Source of the DNA: Malacoraja senta
Taxonomy: Eukaryota
Direction: 5' to 3'
Length of the DNA: 64,000 bases
Assembly (NCBI GenBank): GCA_038087875.1
Contig: CM075993.1
Span: 808,001 to 872,000 of the forward strand
The notes under the pieces were generated by a model, which saw only the letters and a program-made list of their open reading frames with translations, was not told the origin of the DNA and ran no database searches. The stretch's first letter is position 1. The number at the start of each line of letters is the position of its first letter. Positions 52,063-64,000 of the stretch are shown piece by piece. A program made the translations under genes and the position numbers.

Positions 52063-52724
52063 TAATACTGCTCCCATGTCGTATGATCTTGTGGTTTAAA
52101 TGTCTGCTTGTTGGTAAGGCCCCCCTTTATTCTCCCACCTCCTCTGTCAAAACATTAGCATGTTTACATCTGGGTTTGGTCCCAGAGTGAGAGGGAATTT
52201 GCTGCCACCTGTTGGTGACCTCGGGTCGGGGGGAGTTCTCCCCCCCCCCCCCCCCCCCCCGCCACGGGTACCATGTAATCCCGTGCTACATGCTCCATGG
52301 TCGGATAGTCGGCGAGTAAACCGTCTCCCCTACCTGGTTTGCCAGGTGAGGAGGGGGCTGTGGACCCCCAGCAGGACCAAAAGCAAGACCTGTCAAAGGG
52401 CGGATGAGCTTGTAGCGAGCCAACGGCCATCCACACTTCAGTAGAAGTTGCGATCACTGTCCTACACAGCATTGTAAGGAATGATGATAAAGCACATGCA
52501 CCAAAATCCTTTACTTCCAGCGGCGGAAGTCCGCAGGAACTGGAGGACAGAGATGTGTGGTGCGTCCGTCACTGTTCCTGTCGGAAACCAGCACCACTGT
52601 GTCGCTAATGTTTTCAATGATGATGAATTTTGGTTCTCCTTATGTGGCCTAATGATTGGGTACTGTCATGCACCATAGGGATAGGCAGTAGAAATAGGAC
52701 TGTTGCAGCAGTTGGGTGTAGATG

Positions 52725-52985
52725 TAGAAACATTGAAACATAAACAATAGGTGCAGGAGTAGTCCATTCAGCCCTTCGAGCCAGCACCGCTGCCATTCAT
52801 GGCTGATCATCCAAAATCAGTACCCCATTCCTGCTTTCTCCCCCTATCCCCTGAATCCGTTAGCCCTAAGAGCTATATCTAACTCTCTCTTGAATACATC
52901 CAGTGAATTAGCCTCAACTGCCTTCTGAGGCAGAGAATTCCACAGATTCACCACCCTGGGTGAAAAAGTTTTTTCTCATCTCAGA
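52725..52985 (-). mobile_element. CR1 3' fragment
   Basis: Same tail family as 7618-7900 (taggtgcaggagtag..cccttcgagcc). Confidence 0.75.
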
Positions 52986-54056
52986 TTGTGGTAACTATGG
53001 AGTGTACACAACGTGGCTTGTGATACATCTGCCCTCTGCATACAGTTGCCCCACGAACAACCAATGGAAGCATTGAACAGGAAGCAATGTCCGGTTGTAT
53101 TTAAGGAATATGTTCATTGCTTCAGTATATTTCTGACTTTCTAATAAACTCCGTGCAGAGTATCCAGCACTAATGCCAAATTAATTAACAGTTGGCAAGG
53201 ACATTGTGTCTACAAAGAGTTACACTTTCTTGCCTTGCATAGCACCCATGCTACTTTGGAGATGATTTGTTTGAATAAACTCCGCCGTACTTTCTGTCCC
53301 AGAGACTGGAGCCAACGGAGAAATGTGGCCCAGCTTGCCTGAGGCTGCCGGCTGTGGGTGTGTCTAGTTGCAGGAATGCTGCAGGTTGAAGCTTGCTGGT
53401 ACAACTGCTGTACTCTTCCCTTTCTGAACGTGGCTTCACTTTTCAGGGCAAGCCAACTCTAAAGGCATTTAACATAACCGTGCTGGAGATCCAAATCCGC
53501 CTTGTGGGTGGCTGATGAAAGGGTTCCTGTGGTTGTATTCCGTATTGGGTTTGATAGTGAATTATTAATCCTTAGTTATTAATCAACTACCGTGGTACAG
53601 GATCCTTCCCTCAGAATAAATGCAGCTGAAGCTCATTATCTTGAATTATTTTAACACACAGCGGGTGTTACAGACGGGCATCCTGATCGCCCTTTGGAAG
53701 GTGATGGTGAGCCACGACCTAGAACATCTGCATTCCTTTGAAACTCTCTCATGGTACTGAACAATTGCAGTGCTAATGGAGGAATTGTGATATACGTACT
53801 GCATTTCCACGTTGAGATGGTGTGTTGCGAGTCGGGTAGTGTTCCCATACACGTTGGCTCTGAATGATTGAGGTGCTGACGTAACGTACACAAGGTACTC
53901 CAGTTGTGGTCTCGCCAACCTCTTGAACAGTTGTAACACAATGTTCCAACTCTTATACTTAATTGCCTGACCAATGAAGGAAAGCACGTCAAATTCTGTA
54001 AGCTATCTTATCCTTCACCAAGCTGTCTGTGCTGCTGCAAGTCAGAATTTAATTGT

Positions 54057-54282
54057 GAAGATAGACACAAAACTCTGGAGTAACTCGGTGGGACAGGCAG
54101 CATCTCTGGAGCGAAGGATTGGTTGACACTTCGGGTCAGGACCCTTCTTTGGACCCGAACGTTCTCGACTTGAAACAACACCTATTTCTTCTCTCCAGAG
54201 ATGCTGACTGTTCCGCTGAGTTACTCTGGTGTTTTGTGTCTATCTTTGGTTTAAATCAGTATCTGCAGTTCCTTTCTACATA
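54057..54282. mobile_element. Degenerate fold-back pair of the PLE hammerhead repeat in SNX1 intron 1
   Basis: gaagatagacacaaaactctggagtaactc... is mirrored by ...gagttactctggtgttttgtgtctatcttt. Confidence 0.7.
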
Positions 54283-56238
54283 AGAATTTCATTGTTCTGT
54301 TTTGGGACATCTGATAATAACACACCTGTGATTGGTGTCTTGACTATCTGTCGCCACTTTCAGGAAACTATGTAGCTGTACTCAGCCCCTCTGTGTGTAT
54401 CTACACTCTCCAGGGCTCTACCATTTACCATGCATATCCTTGTTTACCATGCCAAAATGTACCACCTAATTCTATCTGCTATTCCTTTCCCACTTCTCCA
54501 GTTCGTCTAGATCTTGTTGCAGCCAGAGACAACCTTCAGTGTTAGCCATGGCAGCTACATCCTCATCCAAATTATGTATCCATTTGGTCTAGTTCCCCCT
54601 CACAAGCCCTGCCATCAACCACAACCTGGTGCTAGACTGAACCTGCCATCTTCCTGGTTTGAAATTCCAGACATTCTTTTGAGGATCGCAGTGCTCTTCA
54701 AAATGTGGCCACAAATGCTCCTCACTCCAACGTCAATCCGGTCCTGGTACTGAACACATTGTTCTTGTTGTCCCACCTGACTAGTCTGCTGACAGTACCT
54801 CGGCTTCATGCTCTGGTGTCCCTGTGGTCGTGATCAAGGCCACTGTTCCCGCTGCTCTGGTTATACCACAAGATTTCCATGTATTTTTACTCTGAAGTCT
54901 GCTGACCTGGCAGTCCATGTACATGTAAGTTGTGGAACAAGTGAATCATTCAATCCCAAGAGCCTGTGCTGCCATTTAACAGAGCATAACTGTTCTTCCC
55001 ACGACTCCATCTGCGTGCCTTGACCCAGCCACTGAGAATCTATATCCTGTCTCAGGAGATTTGAATTCTCCCTGCTACGTTTTTTTAAAGTGATTTATAC
55101 ACATCTCGTATGTGCAGGAAAAGAAAAGCTAATTTTATGATTGAAACCCTTTGTACCAAACACTAGCATCAGTACTTTGGTTATTTCATAGTCCCAGCAA
55201 TTTAAATTTCTTTAGAAATACCTGTACTCCTATGGCTTAAGCCACAATTTTAAACTAAATTATATTTGATAGTAATTTCAATTAAACAATAAAGAAATCC
55301 AAGTGGGTATAGATTGTTTCAACAAATTGAATTTGGTATTGAATGGAGCGACTGGTAATGGAGCAGAGGTCAGTGGGAAGGAGGTTCCCTGGAGTTGAGT
55401 TAGGAGAAGAGATTAATGAAGTGCAGCTGTCTGCTGCCAGGTCTACGACATCATCCTCAATACCTCTCCATGGCTCTGTCGGATGCGATTGGTTTCTGTG
55501 TTTGATTCCATTTGCCTGTGGAGCTTGCATTGGAAATAGTGAAAGCCTTGAACTGGATACTTCAATACTGCAGCTGCAGTTTCTAGCAGATGAACTATTT
55601 GGAATCAATTGTCATCCTGGGAAGGTGTAAGAATCCTAGTTGTCTGTGTTTGGGTTTGGAGCTTGGTGTATCCATCACTGAGCTTGGCCACAGTCTCATG
55701 ATCTTTGTAGAGGTGTACAGTGGGGAATGCCGCTCTCCCCCTGGCATACATTGCTTCAGTCCATTGTGATTGAATGGTTTTGTGTGCTATGTTTTCCCAG
55801 TTTGTGCAGGACACTTGTACTTGCCTGCAGTAATCACCTGTGGTGCTTTGGCTGTTTTTTCAGTGGGAAATGTTTCTGAAAAAAAGAAAACCTTGTGGAA
55901 TATTTGTACTGAAAATGTATAATTTGTAAAGTCTGACTGAGCCATTCTGAGCTGCTGTCCCTGTAACCAGGATGTGACCACTGCTTCCTCACTGAGAAAT
56001 GTCAGCCTTTACTCTGGGAAAATGAGTGGGCAGAGGGTTTGGAGTGAACTGCTGAGTGGTAACTTAAGAAAAAAGTGTCCACTTTGATGCAGACTGTTGC
56101 ACCAATAATTGCCTAGAGGCTAATTAAGCCTTGACTTCAAACTTTACATTTCACATGAAATTAAAGTTGGTTAAAAAGTTTAAACTTATGCTGGTGATTG
56201 TCAGTTTTGCCTAATTTTTAATGTCCATTTATATTTAG

Positions 56239-56335
56239 ATCAGTCCTTTAGATATGGATTCCTCAAAGACATTCAGCAGCAACTCCAAGACAAATGGAAT
56301 ACATTCCGATGATGAAGAGCAAGATATTTTTGCAG
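56239..56335 (+). CDS. SNX1: SNX1 exon 2
   Basis: Acceptor tatttag. Reads ISPLDMDSSKTFSSNSKTNGIHSDDEEQDIFA (cf. KENGIHEE..QDLFA). Donor gtaag, phase 0 to 1. Confidence 0.85.
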
Positions 56336-57913
56336 GTAAGGATTGTGACTTCCAGACCCCCCCCCCCTGCTTTTCCTGGTGTTATCGCCAGGTTTGGCCG
56401 TTCAATGTGTTTGTGGGGAATGTCTGGCAGTTCTTTGTGAGGTTTACACAGGTGCCTGTGGATGCTGTGATTTTACATTGGAGGACAAACTGTCGGTGAG
56501 GAGATGACCAGATTTTTTAATGTTTGAAGTCGGGGCCACATGTCTGCCATTGCCGTCTGCAAACCTGGAGCCATGTTGGCTGGAGATCAGCTGCCTCTGG
56601 GTTTTTAATCCCCAGTAGTGATGCTGTCCTCACGCTCCCAATATAAAGATGGCTGAGCATTCTGTTCTTCAGATTCCTGCAGGTTCACATGCAATGTTTT
56701 ATATATTGCAAATTTAAAGGCAAAGGATAAAAACACAGATGTAATACGATTCCTTTTATAACCTGTTCAAGCAGCTAAACAGTCATCCAAGTTGAAGCAT
56801 AAATTTATAGCCACTTGCACTGAAGTGCGTTGCATTTGATGGTCGTGCTGTGGTTTCTCCTGCACTGGAGATGCTAAACGTTATTGGGTGATCACTCTAC
56901 AAGTTACCTCCCTTCAATGCACAAGGGTAGTCCCGCGCTAGTCACTTTGAATTTCCATCCCATTCCCACGCGGTTCCAACAAAGCCCAGCGTAACCTCAG
57001 CCAACTTTGGTCGTACTGTGTTCTCGGGCTCTCAACATTGAATTGTAGCTGTTCCTGTTTGTGTCGTGACTAGTCTGTTCTGTAAAGAGAGCTACCTGTA
57101 ACATTAGCTCTATTTGCTCCACAAATGCATGCTAATTCCTGTATGTTTCCAGTTCGGCATTTGACATTTGCATTGTTTTTCTACAACTTTCATTCATCTC
57201 CCATTTACATCCTACTTTAGGATTAACAAGCATTCCACAGCCTCTTAAATTGTGCTTCTCTGTGTCGTTCTGGTGGATAAACTATTGACTTGCAACATTA
57301 AGTCAGTACCCCTCTCCACAGATGCGTCTCAGCATTTCCTGTTTTTGTTCTAAAATTATAGAATTTGCTTTCAGTCTGCGACAAAGAAACACTATATTGA
57401 CATTTGTGGCATTACTTCGACAATCTATGTGGTTTCCCTTGCCTTAAAAATGTTTTTTAAACAATGAGTATCGTACTTTTTAGTTACAAGCTCTGTTAAT
57501 CTGCCCAGTAAACCACTCACCAGGCGTGGTTCCCAATGCCAACAACTCTGCCCCAGTAATGAGTGAATGCTGCGATCCAGAGAACAACACCAGTGTGTGT
57601 ATGTGTCATGGACTCCATGTGCTCCCAACAAGTCCCGGGAGCGATGTGCTGGGTTGAGACAGCGACTTTCTAAGTGAACACTCAGTGCTTTGCGTAACTG
57701 CGACCAAAGGCCAATCCTAGGGTAAATAGTTGTGGGGCTTGTTACGAGCTGCACAATATTGGATGGAATGACCCAGCCTGCTGCGCGGTGAGTTCTGTAC
57801 CTTGTATGTCATGACGGCACCCTTCATTTGTCAAAGGTATTATGTTCCATTCATTGTGGTTACACTTGCTGAGTGTGGCTCCACCAAGTTAGATTGCATG
57901 AATCTTGTTGCAG

Positions 57914-58038
57914 AAGCCACTGTGGAGTTATCCCTGGATGGCCTTCCAAATGACAAGAGCAAGCCGTCCACTACAGGGCCATCAATAAAGTCTCCACCCA
58001 ACGCTGTTCTGCAATCCAAGAGCAAAGTCAGTCAAGAG
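57914..58038 (+). CDS. SNX1: SNX1 exon 3
   Basis: Acceptor ttgttgcag. Reads EATVELSLDGLPND...KVSQE (cf. DATVELSLDS). Donor gtgagg, phase 1 to 0. Confidence 0.88.
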
Positions 58039-60114
58039 GTGAGGATCCGGTTTAAAGTGTTATTACAGAAAACTTAAGTGAAGTATTAGTGCACTTCCCT
58101 CTGCCACTCGGGTTGTGTGAGGTTTATATTGTCCCTGTGGTAAGCACACTAGGCACAGTGCTGCATCTGTACAATGAGGTCAGCAGTGCAGGACTTGCAT
58201 CATAAATCTTGCACAAGTTTCTGACTGCAAGGTGGATAAACAGGGTTGCTCTTTGAGTGAATGTTCACCATCCAGTTAATGGTGAACAGCAAGAATCTCT
58301 GTTTTTAACACATTTTTCTGTGTGAGTGCTGATACCATTCACTTAGTGTCGGCTAGATATTTGATCCAACTTGCCACTAAGTAGAGTCAGTTTGTCCCTG
58401 TTTAAACTGCTGTCCAGTTGGTACTCTGCACTGTTGGCGGTTGTGTTAGCTTTAAGCTTGGTGGTTAACTAGCTGTCATGTTCACTGCTCAGTTGCCTGC
58501 GGAAGGTTAAAAGGAGCAGGTAATTAGATGTATTTGATTCTTGAAAGAGCTGTACATATCTGTCGGCACTGTAGATTCTATGATTCCAACACCATTGATG
58601 TGCTTCCTTTACTTTCAAGTCATTTCCCACAGAGGGGCCTGGTATGGCCCAGATAGGATTCCTTGCTTTTTATTCTTTCTTCTTGACTGTAATTGGCAAA
58701 TTTGCATTAGTTGGAATGTTTCAGGCCAGTAATATTGCTTTGTTCTATCTTGGATGCTGTAGGCAATACCACTGCCAATGACATCATCAGAAACTTAGCA
58801 TGAAAAAGCTGGACCAGACCATCTAGTCTTTCTGTAATCACAGGAGAATATTGCTGCATTCTGAATCTTGCTGTTCCTGATCCTGCTTCATGTGCTGGAT
58901 CTGAGCTGCACTTCAGCTATCTGCTGCTGTTAACACATCATCTGGAAAGATGTTGTGCATATCCCTATGAAAATAGATCCTTTCCCTCCATACATCCTAG
59001 AGTTGTCCCCAAAAGTGAGCTGTGTGTGTTCTTGGAACGTTCAGTTGGGATATTGGATATCACGGATCGCAGTTTCATATCTACGCTGCCAACAGAGATG
59101 AGCAGGGTCTGCTATCCCTCTAGTGTGTAGGTGTTGGGGGTGGGGGGCTGTGCGGTGAGGCCGAGTTGTCAGAGCGGGAGGAGAAGGCAACAACGGAGTG
59201 GAAAGCGACGGCCAACAGGGAGAAACTGGTGAGAGGGGAGGGAGCTCCATGGTGATGGTGGTGGCAGCAGCCTGAAGAAAGTGCAGTTCCCTGGGGCTAC
59301 AACGTGAGCTGCAACAACAGCTGCATCAGCCGGACCGTGCTTTGGGTGAAGGGATTGCTGGTGAATCTTGCGAGCTGGGGGTGGTTTCGACAGGTCTGTC
59401 CTCTGTAACCGAGATTCATTATAAAAGGGGTGTTAAAACAAGGGTTTACTGTATTTGAAAGGAGGAACCAAGTTATTATTATTGGTGGACTGTCCCAGTG
59501 CTGTAGCTAGCAACACAGTGGTGTGGTACTGAGGCAGTGGTACATGGCTGGAGATGTGAAAGACATTGCTCAGATCACATTGGAATGTCTTCTTTCATTT
59601 GAAGACCAAGGAGTTTCCTAATGTCCTGTGAGCAGTTTCACCATCTCAATTCCAGCAATCTTTATCTCATGTAATTTGCTGTTTGAGAAATGACTCGTTG
59701 GACTGACGTACTTCCAGGTGAACAGTGCAATCCTAACGTGGACCTTAGACTTTAAGACTTTTGCCTCCATCACAGTGAGGAGGTACCTGGTGAACTCACT
59801 GTGGTGGATGTTAATTTGTGTTTATTGTGTGTTTTGTCATTTATTATTATATGTATGACTGCAGGCAACGAAATTTCGTTCAGACCGAAAGGTCTGAATG
59901 ACAAATAAAGGAATCTCTAATCTCTAATCTCTAGGTTGTTCTAGAAAGCAGAAAGAGAGTAACTACTGATTCACTCGGGGAAGTAGTTGCCCAGTCACAT
60001 GACTACGTTTGCTAAAGGCTGTGTAGAAGCTGGGCGCTTTGTTCTACAAGGACGTCTAGGTGCATGTGGTTTGCTGACAGTGCAGATTGATGCATTATTT
60101 AATTCCTTCGGCAG

Positions 60115-60190
60115 CTGTTTGAAGAAGAAACGGAGGAAGACGAGGATCAATTTGATTTGAAGGTTACAGTTACAGAGCCGGAGAAAGTGG
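60115..60190 (+). CDS. SNX1: SNX1 exon 4
   Basis: Acceptor cttcggcag. Reads LFEEETEEDEDQFDLKVTVTEPEKVG. Donor gtaagt, phase 0 to 1. Confidence 0.9.
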
Positions 60191-61007
60191 GTAAGTAAGT
60201 TTGATGCTACGGTCATGAGGGGTTTGTGTCCGGGTGCAGTGATTCACACAAGGACAAGGGCTGGAGTAACAGCAGGTCAGGCAGCATTCTCGGCAGAACA
60301 TGCATAAATGACGTTTCAGGCCAGGATCCTGCTTCACACTGATTGTAGGGTCCTGATCTGAAACGTCATTATCCGTGTTCTTCAGAGCTGCTTCTCCGCT
60401 TACTAAGTTACTCCAGCACTTTGTGTCCTTTTGTGTAAACTAGCACCACCAGTTCCTTGTGTCTACAGTGATTCACCTTTTGGTCAGTGTTCTGCTCAGT
60501 ACATTTTGGTTCTGGGCGACAGCATGGTATGTGTGTGATTATTATCTGGCAGTGTCTGCCATTACATTTCCCTGAAGTTATTCTCTTGAATCCTGCCAGC
60601 ATTTGACTGTGTGAGGTCTCCAAGTAGTGATGGTGGCACATGAGATGAGCAGTCATGATTCCACTGTGGGTGAATCTGACCACGCTGGCTGGGCTTGGAG
60701 TCTGGCCACTTGCCAATGACTGGGGAAACGCTATCTTCCTGGCCTCTCAGCACAGCATTGCGAAAGCAGAGAGTCATCTCTTGGCATTCAGCTGTGGACC
60801 ACGAGGAGGAAGTAGGTTTGGGGAAGAGGAACAAGTGCTGTTTGGAGTGAACTTTCAGAGTTGCATATTGTAGTGAGTTATCTGGGTTTAGAGAAGCGAC
60901 CAGTCGAGGGATTGTTTAGTGCATTGTTTACAGATTAGTTGCATTAATTTGTGCTGTTAGTTTTCTGTGTTGGTGACGTACACATTGCCACAGCGCTTGA
61001 CACGTAG

Positions 61008-61323
61008 TTCTGTACCCGGCCGGGTCTTTCCAGCACCACGATGTACAAAGATCTGGTGTTTCTGTACCCGGCCGGGTCTTTCCAGCACCACGATGTACAA
61101 AGATCTGGTGTTTCTGTACCCGGCCGGGTCTTTCCAGCACCACGATGTACAAAGATCTGGTGTTTCTGTACCCGGCCGGGTCTTTCCAGCACCACGATGT
61201 ACAAAGATCTGGTGTTTCTGTACCCGGCCGGGTCTTTCCAGCACCACGATGTACAAAGATCTGGTGTTTCTGTACCCGGCCGGGTCTTTCCAGCACCACG
61301 ATGTACAAAGATCTGGTGTTTCT
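61008..61323. repeat. Perfect 52-bp tandem repeat, 6 copies, in SNX1 intron 4
   Basis: Unit ttctgtacccggccgggtctttccagcaccacgatgtacaaagatctggtgt. Confidence 0.97.
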
Positions 61324-63082
61324 CACGACTGGAATTTGCTCTTCATGCATGGGATGTAGACCCCATTGATTCATCTTCCATGCCTGATGTGAGGAGGCAG
61401 CTGAGCTGCTGCTGGATGGGTACTGGCAGATGGTAGACATCCTCTCCTGGAGGTCACTGGTGAACTGGCTGGGGTCTACAGCAGTCTGCTACATTACCAT
61501 CACAGCAAAGAGCTTTTCAATTCCAAGTTCATTTAATTACCCAGATTTAAACTCAGCAGTCATGATGGGATTCAACATTGTTTCTGAATTAATGGTCCAG
61601 AACTCAGGCTGTCAGTTAACTATTAGGTTGCTGTACCCCATTAGACAGGTGAAGCTGCAAATCAGCCTGAATATATGCCACTTTTCTCAATCACCTGGTT
61701 TATCTAGGCAGGAAGTAGACCCCTGGGATGATAAGCTCTTGTGTTAAAGGCTCCTTCAATTAACATGAGGTGGAAGTAGCTAGGCTAAGGTAGTAACTGC
61801 TTTTGAAGGGGAGCGGTATGGGGAACTGCAGTAATGAGACAGTGGGTGGGTGAAAATGCCAGACTTTCCAGTCCATAATTAAAGAATTAACTGAAGGAGT
61901 CATTGCAAGTTGGTCGTTATTCAGTGGGGGACCCAGCATGTTAGAGAAGTGTTGGTTGATGATGTGATTACTCAGTGTTGCTTGCTGAGCTACTGTCCAT
62001 GGCAGGTGGATAAGTGTAAATTGTTTTCAGAAAATAACCTGACCAAGGAAGGAGAAAGAATGAGGAATGAATACAAAGCATTGTGTTACTTTGAGCAGAG
62101 CATTAGTCAGTGTAGCTTACAGAACAAATGTGCTTGCTGGTGGAGAACTGGTACATAAGAACATCAGGAATAAGATTGGGAGGAGGCCGTATGTCCTTTA
62201 AAGCCTGCTCAACAGTTTAATAAGATCCTGGATAATCTGATCTTGTCCTCAGCTGCACTTTCCTAACCATTCCTCGTACAGGCCAAAGTTGTGTCTGATT
62301 CTGTCTTGAATATATTCAGTGACTCTGCCTCCACTGGGGTGTAAAATTGCAATCATCCTCAGTCTCTGAGACAATGTGTCTCTATCTTAAATGGGCCACC
62401 CTTTGTTCTGAACCTATGTAGCTTGGTTCTGATTTCCTGCACAAATCATTACTGTTCCTCATGCCGCACAACATCGAAAGCCAAGACGTCTCGGCATCTA
62501 CCCTGTTGAGACCATGCAGTATCTGGTGTTTCACTAAAGCTATCTCCCATCTAAACTCCAATGAGTACAATCCCACGCTGAGTGTGAGTGTTGGTCCCAG
62601 GTTGAGAGAGAGTGTGAGTGTTGGTCCCAGGTGTCCCTGCCTCGTACTGATTGCACTGCCACCCAGTGCCTCCATATAACCGGAGTTCAGTGACAAGAAG
62701 CCAAAGTGTGTGTTTTTCTCTGGCTTTAAAATGTGACGTTCCACAAGAACTTGAGGCTCATGTCCTAACCAAAAGCCCTGGGGGGGAGGGGGGGTGGGAG
62801 TGAGAGAAAAAGACACAACACCTAGCTTGCTGTTCCTCCTCTGCAGCTGAGGGGCTTGCACATGTTCACTGTGTGGGCAGCCATGTCTCTGTGTGTATAT
62901 TGACAGTGGGTCGAGTCCGCTTCTGCCCATTCCCCCAGGGGGCAGATGTCCTCACAGTCATGGTGAGATTGTCAAAACCTATCTGTGGTACTGTGCTCCT
63001 GCCCAAGCTGGAATATAGCTCCTCAGGAATTTACATAAAACAGCAGCAATGTATTTGAGTAATGTTTTATTTCTCTTTTTAG

Positions 63083-63126
63083 GTGACGGCATGGGTGCAT
63101 ATATGGCATATAAAGTGTCTACGCTG
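63083..63126 (+). CDS. SNX1: SNX1 exon 5 (start of PX domain)
   Basis: Acceptor ctctttttag. Reads GDGMGAYMAYKVSTL. Donor gtatgt, 44 nt. Confidence 0.92.
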
Positions 63127-63408
63127 GTATGTATCGGTACATTGGCACTTGTTACAATAGGGCACAGCTCTGGTGTAAATTACTTGTTGTGAACGTTACC
63201 TGATTCATTGGAACAAAGTCTCGTGTTCAAGTATTTAGATTGTAAGCCTTTGCTTATTTTAATAATGCTGCTTTGTGCTATGATATATGTGCAGATTTTC
63301 TAGCTTGGTAAAATGCTGGGCAATGTAATTCTTTTTGCAGCACTGCATTGTTTTTTTTAGTGTTTTTTAGCATTGGCTAATATATTTATGCATTGTTTTG
63401 CTTTGCAG

Positions 63409-63550
63409 ACCAGCTTAACAATGTTCAAGAGGAGAGACTTCAGTGTAAGGCGAAGATTTAGTGATTTTCTAGGATTATACGACAGACTTTCAGAAAAACA
63501 TTCTCAAAATGGCTTCATAGTTCCTCCACCTCCTGAGAAGAGTTTAATAG
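63409..63550 (+). CDS. SNX1: SNX1 exon 6 (PX domain); the gene continues beyond the window
   Basis: Acceptor ctttgcag. Reads [48 protein letters not shown]; the [21 protein letters not shown] segment is SNX1-type rather than SNX2-type. Donor gtacag. Confidence 0.93.
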
Positions 63551-64000
63551 GTACAGCAGCTGGACATTAGACTCAAGCCCATTCCACTCACTGTCATAAT
63601 GTTTACTGCAAATGGCCATTTTAAGAATGATAGTTTAGGAAGATGAAAACATGTTTTGTTCAATAAGGAGTTCCCAGAGTGAATTATCCCCAAAGTTTAT
63701 CTCGGTCCATTTGTTCTGGTTCTTTCCAAGTAACTGTTCATGTCCTTGAACAGCGTTATTTCTTGCCTTTATTTCCCCCCCTTTTTTCCACGCATCTGCA
63801 TGAGGCTCTTGTCCCATGTTTGCATGGGGATTTTGTGGATTTTGCTCATGCCCTTCTCTGCAAGAGGGGAGGATGCACAGAGGGCACGGAAAAGATGGCT
63901 CTGCTTCTCTCTGGTGTTTAAGTTGCTCTGAGCCTATTACACTGTGCACTAACTTCTAGCACCAGAGGTTTCTCTTATGAGTGTGGTTTAGACCTTCCTA

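Noticed and set aside
52143..52450. Possible LINE 5' UTR or structured RNA
   Set aside because: It looks repeat-like and CpG-richer, but I could not assign a family or a defensible fold from the sequence alone.
61008..61323. CRISPR-like array with palindromic repeats
   Set aside because: The units are identical and head-to-tail with no unique spacers, there are no cas genes, and this is a eukaryotic intron.

Overview
Eukaryotic vertebrate genomic DNA, most likely from a cartilaginous fish (skate or ray, inferred from the repeat families). It is not prokaryotic. Three spliced genes are present. (1) The last five coding exons of CSPG4/NG2 (+, 2487..15503). (2) The two-exon SH3-PX-BAR sorting nexin SNX33 (-, 39427..25537), whose GC-rich exon 1 needs about 7 frame switches, probably long-read errors. 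(3) The first six exons of SNX1 (+, 45671..63550, continuing past the window). CSPG4 and SNX33 are convergent; SNX33 and SNX1 are divergent. The rest is repeat-rich: a 3.2-kb CR1 LINE nested in an older CR1 tail, many CR1 3' fragments, Rex1/Babar-like LINE pieces, V-SINEs, a 3-kb PIF/Harbinger-type element with TIRs and a TAA target-site duplication, several minisatellites, and a 200-N gap flanked by a probable false duplication. The most interesting signal is an abundant ~130-bp dispersed repeat carrying a minimal hammerhead-ribozyme core (CTGAAGA-A-GGGTC/GACCC-GAAAC-GTC). It is linked to the 3' end of Penelope-like (GIY-YIG) retroelement fragments and occurs as single copies, head-to-head fold-backs and a tandem array. 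All calls come from reading the sequence; no searches were run.
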